Of a DNA stretch of 64,000 nt, positions 48,531 to 57,911 are shown piece by piece. The stretch spans positions 186,001 to 250,000 of IMG/VR virus record IMGVR_UViG_3300042473_001265; one strand, 5' to 3'. Positions within the stretch are counted from its first letter, which is position 1. Every line of letters starts with the position of its first letter. Below the pieces are notes generated by a model. It was given only the letters and a program-made list of their open reading frames with translations, was not told where the DNA came from and did no database searches. Both the position numbers and the translations under genes were made by a program.

Positions 48531-48913
48531 GAGCTCGTGAGTTTATTGCGGAGCAAAAAGATCTGCCAGATGAATATGCTGATCCGATGCGTTATACCTT
48601 TGTGATTCCTGGACTCAGTGCCAGCGATCCTTATAACAACTACAGGTTTGGTGTGGCCATGGCTCGAGCAAGAAGTGATGCCGGCACCGACGGGCTAACC
48701 AAAGATATGCCTGAGTGGAGCGCAGAAACAGCATTTGGCGAACACGGAGTAGTAATAGGCATGAACAGCGATATTGAACAAATTATTGATCAAGCACTGG
48801 CAATGACCGACACTGCTGGCGGCAAAAAATTAGTTGGCTCGCCCAACAGTGAAGAACCCGCATTTGTTGATACACAAAGTCCTGTCAAGGCATTCAAAGG
48901 CTATCCAAGATAA
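48527..48913 (+). CDS. Small protein, MRAxEF...KGYPR paralog 2
   Basis: MRAREFIAE..RFGVAMA..EEP..VKAFKGYPR. Confidence 0.7.
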   Translation: MRAREFIAEQKDLPDEYADPMRYTFVIPGLSASDPYNNYRFGVAMARARSDAGTDGLTKDMPEWSAETAFGEHGVVIGMNSDIEQIIDQALAMTDTAGGKKLVGSPNSEEPAFVDTQSPVKAFKGYPR

Positions 48914-49548
48914 TGGCCAATCCACCACCACCATACGACAACATCACAGGCATCAGCCGTGCTGTGATGAAAGACAACGCACAAGAGACATTAGTCAACT
49001 ACGACGGTAATGCTCGTCCTGGCGAAATGACTGTTAATCTCACGAACAATAATGTATACATTGGTAATACTAACGGTGATTTAACGTTAATAGCTCGAGG
49101 TACTGGCTTATCGGCATACATTAATTACTTTGATTTCAGCAATGATTTAACTACAGGGCCGTTTGCTGATCCAATAGGCGGGCCAAATTGGATAAAACTA
49201 AATGCTAATACTACCTCGCCTTATTCTAGTGGCACACTAACTGCTACAAACAATCGAGTAACAAATACAGGCACAGTTTCTATGATAATTAAAATGGAAG
49301 GCATTATTTCTGTAGCACCTACATTAGACTACTCAGAGATTGGTGCTGCCTTTTTTCAAAATGAAACATTGATTCCATGTAGCGCACAAACAGTGTTATG
49401 TGGCCTTATTGGAGAGACATCAGCATTACCATTCCATTGCGTTACGCAACTAGACCCAGATGATTATGTTGAAGTTTGGGTTCAGAATATTTCAAATGAA
49501 ACCAGTATAACGCTAGACAATGTTAACGTAATTATTACTCAACTGTAA
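48913..49548 (+). CDS. Putative structural protein with a C1q/BclA-like beta-sandwich C-terminus
   Basis: RPGE..VN..YIG N-terminal motif; L...DYVEVWVQN. Confidence 0.55.
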   Translation: MANPPPPYDNITGISRAVMKDNAQETLVNYDGNARPGEMTVNLTNNNVYIGNTNGDLTLIARGTGLSAYINYFDFSNDLTTGPFADPIGGPNWIKLNANTTSPYSSGTLTATNNRVTNTGTVSMIIKMEGIISVAPTLDYSEIGAAFFQNETLIPCSAQTVLCGLIGETSALPFHCVTQLDPDDYVEVWVQNISNETSITLDNVNVIITQL

Positions 49549-49556
49549 ATAATAAC

Positions 49557-49994
49557 ATGAAAAAACTATTCTTACTATTATTGATCGTGCCTGTGCTGGC
49601 TGTTGCACAACCCCGACAAAAACCAGGCGTGACCTATGACGCTGTGATCACCAGAGTCATAGACGGCGATACAGTGGCTTTTCAAGCAGACTTTTTGCCT
49701 GCACCACTCAAAAAAGAACTCAGTATTCGTGTATACGGTGTGGACACTCCTGAAAAAGGACATCGTGCGGCTTGCCCAAGTGAAGCACAGCGTGGCGAAG
49801 CAGCAAGTGCATTTACCAAACAAGCTGTTGCAGCCAGCACCAAGCGTCAGGTTGTACTGATGGACTGGGACAAATACGGCGGCCGAGTGCTAGGCGACGT
49901 TTTACTCAACGGCCAAAGCCTGCGAGTCATGCTGATACAGAATGGATTTGCACGAGAATACTACGGCGAAGCCAAAACATCCTGGTGCAATTAA
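49557..49994 (+). CDS. Thermonuclease (SNase family) with signal peptide
   Basis: MKKLFLLLLIVPVLAVA; RVIDGDT, RVYGVDTPE, DKYGGRVLG. Confidence 0.9.
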   Translation: MKKLFLLLLIVPVLAVAQPRQKPGVTYDAVITRVIDGDTVAFQADFLPAPLKKELSIRVYGVDTPEKGHRAACPSEAQRGEAASAFTKQAVAASTKRQVVLMDWDKYGGRVLGDVLLNGQSLRVMLIQNGFAREYYGEAKTSWCN

Positions 49995-50024
49995 TCTCCC
50001 GTCAACACTGGTGAATAATTCAAA

Positions 50025-51059
50025 GTGAAAGTTTTTGACTTTATGAATCCCACTTCTTGTCAAGAAATTGTGGGAACTACCAATGCCTATCGCATGCTTC
50101 CAGACAACTCAATAGTGTTAATGGGTACTCCGTACACCACTATTGATCGAACCTCATGGGCAAACTACTATAAAAATTTGCAAACACTCAAGGATCAGTC
50201 AATTACAGATCGCTATGTGTTTATTGATGCCAGCTGTGATCCTCTGTGGTTCAGCAATCAAGCCATGCTGGATCATCTTGCTGCCACAAAAGAATTTTTT
50301 CCTAACGCCAAAGTTGCAGTTTTAACCAGTCGATGTCAAAACTGGTTTGATGATATTCCAGGATTGATATACTATCCATTTTTCTTTAATATTATATACA
50401 ATTCATATGAGCCACGACCAAGAGCTGGACGAATTGGCTGCCTCAATAGACAAAACAGTCCACATCGTGCCTGGCTCATGCACTCTTTGTTGAGTGAAAA
50501 TTTGATTGATTCTTCTCGGGACGTTTATAGTATAGGATTTGCCAATCCTTACGACCTTACATTTTACTGTAGATTAAGTTCGTTTATCGAGAACAGACAT
50601 GATCTCGATGAAGCTATCCAAAAATATCCACCGCAGATAGCCACACACCCAGATAATTTTCCCAACGACTACACTATCAATCATCCTGCTTGGCATACAG
50701 GCATTGCTGTGGTGACAGAAACTCATCCAGGTGACAAAACTTTGATTACTGAAAAAACAGCCAAAGCCATAATCAGCCAAAGTTGTTTTTCCATCTACAT
50801 GGCAGAAGCAGGCTACAAAGTTTTAGAAGAATTAGGCTTTGAGCCTAGATTTTTCCCTGACCATGCCAGCGAAACCAACATCGAACCCATTATACAACTG
50901 TGCAAAACCATTGACACTGAATCAGCAGCCATGGATTATAGACAACAGCACATGGACAAAATCAATCACAACGCAGAATGGTTCAATCAAGGTCCAGTAT
51001 TTGGGCCATGGTATGATCAATACAACCCAAAATTTCAACGCGACCTAGACCGTCTGTAA
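50025..51059 (+). CDS. Hypothetical protein (possible glycosyltransferase-like)
   Basis: CLNR...HR and VVTET...ITEKT.KAI..L.ELGF motifs. Confidence 0.5.
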   Translation: MKVFDFMNPTSCQEIVGTTNAYRMLPDNSIVLMGTPYTTIDRTSWANYYKNLQTLKDQSITDRYVFIDASCDPLWFSNQAMLDHLAATKEFFPNAKVAVLTSRCQNWFDDIPGLIYYPFFFNIIYNSYEPRPRAGRIGCLNRQNSPHRAWLMHSLLSENLIDSSRDVYSIGFANPYDLTFYCRLSSFIENRHDLDEAIQKYPPQIATHPDNFPNDYTINHPAWHTGIAVVTETHPGDKTLITEKTAKAIISQSCFSIYMAEAGYKVLEELGFEPRFFPDHASETNIEPIIQLCKTIDTESAAMDYRQQHMDKINHNAEWFNQGPVFGPWYDQYNPKFQRDLDRL

Positions 51060-51066
51060 ATACAGC

Positions 51067-52215
51067 ATGAGTAATTTTTATTGTGCTGCACCCTGGCGTG
51101 GCCTTCATATAAATGTCCGCGGTGACATCAAAACCTGTTGTGCCGGCAATCCCAACATGCTGGGCAATCTCAACAGCAAAACAATTGAACAAGTATTGAA
51201 CGGGCCAGAGCTAACAGAAATTAGAAAAACATTGAGTCAAGGCAAACAACATCCTTATTGCGTTAACTGTATCAATGCCGAAACAAACAGCACCAGCAGC
51301 GAGCGTGAATGGCACAACAATATAAATGAGGGCTTTGATACTACACAAGCCGGCGACAATTACGATTTCCCCGCACTGCTTGATATAAGATGGAATACCA
51401 CTTGTAATCTAAGCTGTAATTATTGTGGACCACTGGACAGTTCAACATGGTCTGCACTTAAAAAAATACCAATAAACACCAGCACTAGAAAATACTATGA
51501 AGATGTATGTGATTTTATTGCCAAACATCAGCAGCATGTAAAAGAAGTAGCACTGGTTGGTGGCGAACCCTTGCTGCTGCCAGAAAATGAAAGATTGCTG
51601 GATGTGCTGCCAGAAGATTGTGTGATAACTGTCATTACCAATCTGAGCAATCCATTGGAAAACAACAAAATATTTAAAAAACTAGCTCAACGAAAAAATG
51701 TTGGGTGGAGCATGAGTTTTGATAATATTGGTCCGCAATTTGAATATGTACGCCACGGCGCAGCTTGGTCTATGATTTTACATAATCTTGACATCTTGCA
51801 ATCCATCATGAATGATCCTGCTCGCAAGCACTGGGGAGGGATACATGCAGTTTATAATTTATACAATGCCACAAGACTGTGCGACCTCAAACAATTTGCT
51901 GTGGATAGAGGATTGTCAATACACTGGCAAAATCTTGGCGGCAACATAGCACTTGATACTCGCAAACACGGTGTTGAGATTGCTGCCAAGGCCGCCGCGG
52001 AAATTGAAAAATTTTTTGCCACATTTGATCCAAGTGAAGAAGAAAAAATGTTGTTTGGTGCTGCCCTGCAACACTATCGGTCTATAACCAATTCCAAACC
52101 AGACATGATTGCAGTATTACAAAAATTTGTGTCAGACATTGAAGATGTTTACCATCCTGATGCCAAAGGTCAATTTGCCGCACTGTGGCCGGAGTTAAAT
52201 AAAAATTATGGCTAA
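51067..52215 (+). CDS. Radical SAM protein with N-terminal SPASM/twitch-like domain
   Basis: YCAAPW..TCC..CVNC; CNLSCNYC; GGEPLL; ITNLS. Confidence 0.88.
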   Translation: MSNFYCAAPWRGLHINVRGDIKTCCAGNPNMLGNLNSKTIEQVLNGPELTEIRKTLSQGKQHPYCVNCINAETNSTSSEREWHNNINEGFDTTQAGDNYDFPALLDIRWNTTCNLSCNYCGPLDSSTWSALKKIPINTSTRKYYEDVCDFIAKHQQHVKEVALVGGEPLLLPENERLLDVLPEDCVITVITNLSNPLENNKIFKKLAQRKNVGWSMSFDNIGPQFEYVRHGAAWSMILHNLDILQSIMNDPARKHWGGIHAVYNLYNATRLCDLKQFAVDRGLSIHWQNLGGNIALDTRKHGVEIAAKAAAEIEKFFATFDPSEEEKMLFGAALQHYRSITNSKPDMIAVLQKFVSDIEDVYHPDAKGQFAALWPELNKNYG

Positions 52216-53782
52216 AAGTTTAGAAGGCGTACTGATCAAGGCGCCTCATCGTCGGCAAGCATTCACTGAAGCTGAAATGATAGAATTCATGCACTGCGCT
52301 GACAGTGCAACTGGGCCAGCATATTTTCTTGATCATTATTTCTACATACAGCATCCTACACAGGGAAAAATGTTGTATCATGCTTTTGAATATCAGGAAC
52401 GATTGGTTGATGTGTACCACAACTATCGTTTCAGCATATCAATGATGCCGCGCCAAACTGGTAAAAGTACCAGTGCAGCAGGATATCTGCTGTGGTATGC
52501 AATGTTTGTTCCGGATTCAACTATTCTTATTGCTGCACACAAGTACACTGGTGCTCAAGAGATCATGCAGCGTATTCGTTTTGCATACGAGTTGTGTCCA
52601 GATCATATCCGAGCAGGTGTCACCAGCTACAACAAAGGCAGCATAGACTTTGAAAATGGCAGTCGTATTATATCGGCCACCACAACTGAAACAACTGGTC
52701 GCGGTATGAGTATATCCCTGCTGTACGCTGACGAATTTGCATTTGTACGCCCTACCATTGCCAAAGAATTCTGGACTAGTATCAGTCCTACCTTGGCCAC
52801 AGGCGGTAAAGCAATCATCACAAGTACGCCCAACAGTGACGAAGATCAGTTTGCATTGTTGTGGAAAAGCGCTCTCAAGTGCGAAGACGAATATGGCAAC
52901 CCGACGCCGTTGGGCATAAATGGATTCAAAGCATTCCGTAGTTATTGGCAGGAGCACCCAGATCGCGACGAGGCTTGGGGCAAAAGTATGGAAGCCCAAT
53001 TGGGCGTTGATCGATTCCGCCGAGAGATTGGATGTGAATTTATCATCAACGATGAAACACTCATTGCGCCAGCCATACTGGTCGATCTGCAAGGCCAACA
53101 CGATCCCTTGTTTAGAACCGGTCAAGTGCGATGGTACAAGAAGCCTGAGCCCGGCAAAATCTATGTAGTGGCACTGGATCCCAGTCTGGGTACCGGCAGC
53201 GATCCTGCAGCCATACAAGTTTTTGAAGCCAACACCACTACACAGATAGCCGAATGGCGTCACAACCGAACTGCAATTCCGGCACAGATACGCATACTGG
53301 CAGATATTTGTAAATTCATAAATGAAACTGTAAAAGATTCAAAGAGCATCTACTACAGCATAGAAAACAACACCATCGGTGAAGCAGCACTTATTTCTAT
53401 TGCTGAGTACGGCGAAGAAAAAATTGAAGGATACTTTCTAAGCGACAACTCAGTAGCCGGCGGCGCAAGACGCATACGAAAAGGCTTCAATACTACACAT
53501 AAAAGCAAGCTGTCGGCCTGCAACAAGTTAAAAATTTTGGTAGAATCTAAAAAAATGCAAATCAACAGTGCGCCGTTAATATCAGAACTAAAAACATTTG
53601 TGGCGCACGGCACCAGCTATGCGGCCAAGCCCGGCGAAACAGATGACCTAGTGATGGGCACAGTGCTGGCCATTCGCATGATGATGCTGCTGCAAAATTA
53701 TCACACTGAAATGGACTCGCAGATGCGTGATTTTGGCGACACTATGGTGGAACCAATGCCGTTTTTTGCCACATTCCGCTAA
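52208..53782 (+). CDS. gp17: Terminase large subunit
   Basis: PRQTGKST Walker A, LLYADEFAF, ITSTPN, ALDPSLG, DDLVM. Confidence 0.95.
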   Translation: MAKSLEGVLIKAPHRRQAFTEAEMIEFMHCADSATGPAYFLDHYFYIQHPTQGKMLYHAFEYQERLVDVYHNYRFSISMMPRQTGKSTSAAGYLLWYAMFVPDSTILIAAHKYTGAQEIMQRIRFAYELCPDHIRAGVTSYNKGSIDFENGSRIISATTTETTGRGMSISLLYADEFAFVRPTIAKEFWTSISPTLATGGKAIITSTPNSDEDQFALLWKSALKCEDEYGNPTPLGINGFKAFRSYWQEHPDRDEAWGKSMEAQLGVDRFRREIGCEFIINDETLIAPAILVDLQGQHDPLFRTGQVRWYKKPEPGKIYVVALDPSLGTGSDPAAIQVFEANTTTQIAEWRHNRTAIPAQIRILADICKFINETVKDSKSIYYSIENNTIGEAALISIAEYGEEKIEGYFLSDNSVAGGARRIRKGFNTTHKSKLSACNKLKILVESKKMQINSAPLISELKTFVAHGTSYAAKPGETDDLVMGTVLAIRMMMLLQNYHTEMDSQMRDFGDTMVEPMPFFATFR

Positions 53783-53806
53783 TGCTAAAACTTTAATAAA
53801 TACACT

Positions 53807-56800
53807 ATGGCACAAAATAATCCAGGACAACAACTTTCAGACCTTTTGGTCACCCGCGGCTACGACCCAGAGATGCTGGACAGCGCAGGCAAAGCAGCGC
53901 CCACAGCACAAGATGCTGAAATTTTCAGCTTTGATTTTGTCACAGCAAATGGCACCAATCACGGATCAGTGGTTGTGATGCTGGGCGATGATAAAGAATT
54001 AACTGTGTTCAGCGGCGACAATGTTGGCCGTAACATGGACAGCGAAGACAAAACAGAATGGTACGAGTTTCAGCATCAATTGAAAAACTTTGCCACAAAG
54101 AATTTTATGACATTTGCTAGTCAAAACATCAACAAACTCAAATACAGCATGCAAGGGCAAGCAGCCCTTAAAGAAGGCCTGTGCGAAAGTTGGAACGGCA
54201 CAAAGAATGTCAGTTGGAACGGTGGTCCTGATTCTGTTCGACTGATGATACGTCACAAGCGTCCAATGGGCATTGACGAAGCCAGATTTCGTCAGGTAGA
54301 AAGTCTGTTTGTAGAAACCGCAGATGGTGAACGCTACCGATTGCCATTCCGCAATCTAGCCGGCGGTCGTGCCATGGTCGAACATGTTCGTCAAGGCGGT
54401 AAGCCATATGACATGCGCGGCCACCATATTGCTACCATAATTGAAGAACTCAATGTGCTGAGTCGTTTCCGCAGAGCCAGCAAAGGCCAAGTGTTTGAAG
54501 GCGACACAGCCAATTTGATAGCAGAAGCCAATAACTACTACGAAACAATGTGTCGAACCGTAAAAGGACTGTCATCCAGCAAAGGATACAACAGCTATTT
54601 TGAAAGCTGGAATCCTGGCAATATAACTGAACAAGATTTGATCATTGAAGATATCAAAACATTATTCGTGCAAGAAACAATTGATTCACGAATTGAACAG
54701 GCCCTACCTATCCTGGCCCGCATACAACAACAAGGAACCGCTATGAAAGAAGCAAACATATTTGAAGCCTGGGCTGAACGCCTGTTAGAAGGCACATGGG
54801 CAACACCAAATACCCCAGAACAAAAAGAACAGTTGATTGAGTTACTGTCACAAGAACTGCCAGTCGGACCTGACGCCACCAATGCAACAGAACAGTTGTA
54901 CAGTTTGTTTGGCGATGACGAATTGTTTGATCAGTTGCAAGAACTGGCCGAAACCGATCCCGACGCTGATGCTCGTGAAATAGTCATTGCTCGTATGACA
55001 GAATTGGCAGACAGCGGATCAGATCCTGACCTTATGGAAGTACTTGCTGCGTTAGAACCCACAGTGCCTGAACCACAAGCTGCGGCCAACCCAGAAGCCG
55101 TAGTGGAAAGTTGGGTAGGCAATATTGTAAATACCGCTAAATCTATGTTTGCTAAAAATGCAGACCCGGTACCAGTGAGTGAATCTGCAGAACTCAACAC
55201 CATACTGAAGTATGCTGGCATTCCATTAAGAGAAGGCGTGTTAGATGACGTCAGAGCCAGAATGGATGCAAGACGCAATCCTGCTGCAACTCCTGCTACT
55301 GCACAGCCGGCACAATCTCCTACTACACAGGCACCTAAATTCAAAGTTGGGGACACTGTGAGTTTTGGTATAGGTAGAGGCATACCGAGCACCGGTACAA
55401 TTACTGCTATGGGTCCAGGCCCTACTCAACTGACTGTTAAAACTGCTGAGGGTGAGAATCAATTAGATACCAGAATGAAAAGTCTGTATCTACAGTTAGT
55501 ACCGTCAACAACATCTGCAGAGTCCCAACAATCAACACCTGATCTGCCGCGGGCAGAAGTGGTGTCCACAATGGGCATGCCTAGCCGATCTCTGATTGGT
55601 TATAAAGACAACACATATACACCTTCAGGACCATATACCAAGGCGCCAGAGGGTGCAACCGGAACACAAGTACTTGTGCCTGCCGCAGCATTTGGTATTA
55701 GAAGCATGGGTGATGTTGTTGCTTTGCTAACTGACGATGGTACAGCCTATGCTGAACAACCAATAAAAGTGTCTAATCCTTTTGGTCGAGCAGCAGGCAG
55801 CGCAAGTCGTCAACCAAACCCAACACAAGGGCTAGACGAAGCTGGTGAGTGGAAAGCAGAAGCCGAAGACTTTAAAGAATGGTCAAACCATGTCAAAGAC
55901 TCATTGCTTGGTGTTGCTCCAAGTCAACGATTTGCTATGGCAAAACGACTAAGTCAAATTGAAATGAAACATTTTGGCGACAGTCAGGCAGCTAGCTCAT
56001 TCAATGCACAAACAGGCCGACCAACGGGCAATACCAGTGGCATGACAACCACAGTACAACACATCTTGGATGCAATTAACGATGGTAAACTTACCAATGC
56101 AAGCTCGCCGGATGCTGCTGCTGCTGTAGCCAGTGGCGGAACTACACAACAAACACCGTTTGGATCAGTTACTAGACCAGCAGGCCAACCAGATCCGTAT
56201 CAAGCATCACCCGCTTTGCCTAACGGCGACCGTCCGGCTGCTGTTGCTGCACAGAATCGACCAAGACCACAAAAAGGCGGCGGCAGTATCCAAATATTAA
56301 AAACTGAAGAAGATTGGGAAGAAGCGTTAAGTAACCCTGACCTAGGGCGCGACTTAGACGCTGATAATCGTCCAACAACTGCTGCTGGACTTGATTCGGC
56401 AATGTCAAAATTACCAAGTTGGAAAGTAATGCTGGCAACTATTATAATGGGTTCAAAACTTCCTATCATTGGTGACAAGATAAAAAATACAATAGTATCG
56501 TCAATTGAAAAAGAGTTTGGAGTACGCATGTCTTTTAAAGATGCACTGGAATATATGAAGCATGTTAGAAATACTCCAGCTGCACAAATTGTACCACCAG
56601 CTGTTTGGAAGTTTGAAAGAGATGGCGGCGATTATGAAACTGCCATTGAGCAATTGCCCGATGACGCAGTAGACGTACAACCAGCAGAAGTTATGTCTAC
56701 CATTGCAACTGACTTGATCGACGCTGGAGTAGCCCAAGAGATCAAACCCGGAGACGAAACTCCAAGCAATGCTGGCGCAGATGCATTTGGTAATATGGCA

Positions 56801-57769
56801 TCACAATTGACAAAAAAGGATGAACCAGTGGCAGAATCTACAGAACTCAACACCATACTGAAGTATGCTGGTATCCCGGTGGCCGAAAGCCGTGTGCTGG
56901 ACGAAGCAGGCGAAACAATCGATCACATATTGAATCGTTTCAAACACGAAGTCAAACAGTTCGAACAAGGCCACGACTTGGATTCCGACCTGTATGAAGC
57001 CCTGTTTGACTACTATTCAGACGCAGGAGAACTGCCATACGGCATTGCCAAAGCCCGCACAGGTGATCCATTCAACTGGGTCAGTGACAAATTGGCTGAT
57101 CATCTTGGTGTGAACGAAGGATGGAAAGGTGCAATTGCAGGCGGCCTAGCAGGCGGAGCACTGGGCAGTGTAGTGCCAGCACTGGGTACATTGGCTGGCG
57201 CAGCCGCAGGCGCCTACGCTGGTCACAAACTAGGCGATGAAGGATTTAAAGATCCAGACGCAGAGTATAAAAAGGCGCAAAAACTCAAACAAACACCACC
57301 AGTAGCCGAAGGTCCGGTTGGTAGTTTAGTGGGCGGAATTGCTGGCGCAGCACTTACCAAAACACCCAGCGGCGCAATGGCAGGTTCTAGACTGGGCAGT
57401 GCTGTGGGCGATGCAATGTCGGGTAGCGAAGAAACAGACGAAGGCCAGCATACACAGCATGGCATGGATGCCACTCCGGGTCGCGTTGATTACAAAGATG
57501 AAAAATTTTCAGACATAAAACCAATGGGTTTTCGACAAGACCCAATTCAGGCAACTACAGATCGTGCTCTCAAGTACAGCGCACAAGGCGTAAACAAGTT
57601 GCGTGACCTGTTCCGCGAAGACGAACAGGCCGTGGTTGAGAATCAGGACAAATTTTCGGCCTTGAGCGGACAATACGGACATTCGGGCAAACTGCAAAAG
57701 TTTGATGATGTTGAACAGGATGTGCTGGCCAGACTCAAACAACTGTCCGGAATGATTAGACCAATGTAA
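53807..57769 (+). CDS. Large modular protein (putative internal/ejection polyprotein)
   Basis: 1320 aa; many [LVI]xE[SGA] motifs, an internal duplicated linker, two glycine-zipper segments; the C-terminal LARLKQLSG resembles the scaffold C-terminus IKRLAGL. Confidence 0.6.
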   Translation: MAQNNPGQQLSDLLVTRGYDPEMLDSAGKAAPTAQDAEIFSFDFVTANGTNHGSVVVMLGDDKELTVFSGDNVGRNMDSEDKTEWYEFQHQLKNFATKNFMTFASQNINKLKYSMQGQAALKEGLCESWNGTKNVSWNGGPDSVRLMIRHKRPMGIDEARFRQVESLFVETADGERYRLPFRNLAGGRAMVEHVRQGGKPYDMRGHHIATIIEELNVLSRFRRASKGQVFEGDTANLIAEANNYYETMCRTVKGLSSSKGYNSYFESWNPGNITEQDLIIEDIKTLFVQETIDSRIEQALPILARIQQQGTAMKEANIFEAWAERLLEGTWATPNTPEQKEQLIELLSQELPVGPDATNATEQLYSLFGDDELFDQLQELAETDPDADAREIVIARMTELADSGSDPDLMEVLAALEPTVPEPQAAANPEAVVESWVGNIVNTAKSMFAKNADPVPVSESAELNTILKYAGIPLREGVLDDVRARMDARRNPAATPATAQPAQSPTTQAPKFKVGDTVSFGIGRGIPSTGTITAMGPGPTQLTVKTAEGENQLDTRMKSLYLQLVPSTTSAESQQSTPDLPRAEVVSTMGMPSRSLIGYKDNTYTPSGPYTKAPEGATGTQVLVPAAAFGIRSMGDVVALLTDDGTAYAEQPIKVSNPFGRAAGSASRQPNPTQGLDEAGEWKAEAEDFKEWSNHVKDSLLGVAPSQRFAMAKRLSQIEMKHFGDSQAASSFNAQTGRPTGNTSGMTTTVQHILDAINDGKLTNASSPDAAAAVASGGTTQQTPFGSVTRPAGQPDPYQASPALPNGDRPAAVAAQNRPRPQKGGGSIQILKTEEDWEEALSNPDLGRDLDADNRPTTAAGLDSAMSKLPSWKVMLATIIMGSKLPIIGDKIKNTIVSSIEKEFGVRMSFKDALEYMKHVRNTPAAQIVPPAVWKFERDGGDYETAIEQLPDDAVDVQPAEVMSTIATDLIDAGVAQEIKPGDETPSNAGADAFGNMASQLTKKDEPVAESTELNTILKYAGIPVAESRVLDEAGETIDHILNRFKHEVKQFEQGHDLDSDLYEALFDYYSDAGELPYGIAKARTGDPFNWVSDKLADHLGVNEGWKGAIAGGLAGGALGSVVPALGTLAGAAAGAYAGHKLGDEGFKDPDAEYKKAQKLKQTPPVAEGPVGSLVGGIAGAALTKTPSGAMAGSRLGSAVGDAMSGSEETDEGQHTQHGMDATPGRVDYKDEKFSDIKPMGFRQDPIQATTDRALKYSAQGVNKLRDLFREDEQAVVENQDKFSALSGQYGHSGKLQKFDDVEQDVLARLKQLSGMIRPM
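55188..55218 (+). repeat. 31-bp exact direct repeat, copy 1
   Basis: CAGAACTCAACACCATACTGAAGTATGCTGG, also at 56841-56871. Confidence 0.9.
56841..56871 (+). repeat. 31-bp exact direct repeat, copy 2
   Basis: Identical to 55188-55218. Confidence 0.9.
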
Positions 57770-57794
57770 ATTTGTCATTAGAACAACCGCGTCA

Positions 57795-57911
57795 TAAATA
57801 CTCTTGACGCTAACACTAAAAGCGTGTACACTACATCAGTGCATACGCTTTTTTCTTTAGTATCACAGGCAACTTTAAAAACATTTTACAACACTTTGAA
57901 AGGCAATTAAA
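57795..57911 (+). promoter_or_regulatory. gp32 control region: late box, sigma70 promoter, hairpin and A/T-rich leader
   Basis: TAAATA at 57795; TTGACG-17-TACACT at 57804-57832; hairpin 57818-57852 with a T tract. Confidence 0.65.
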
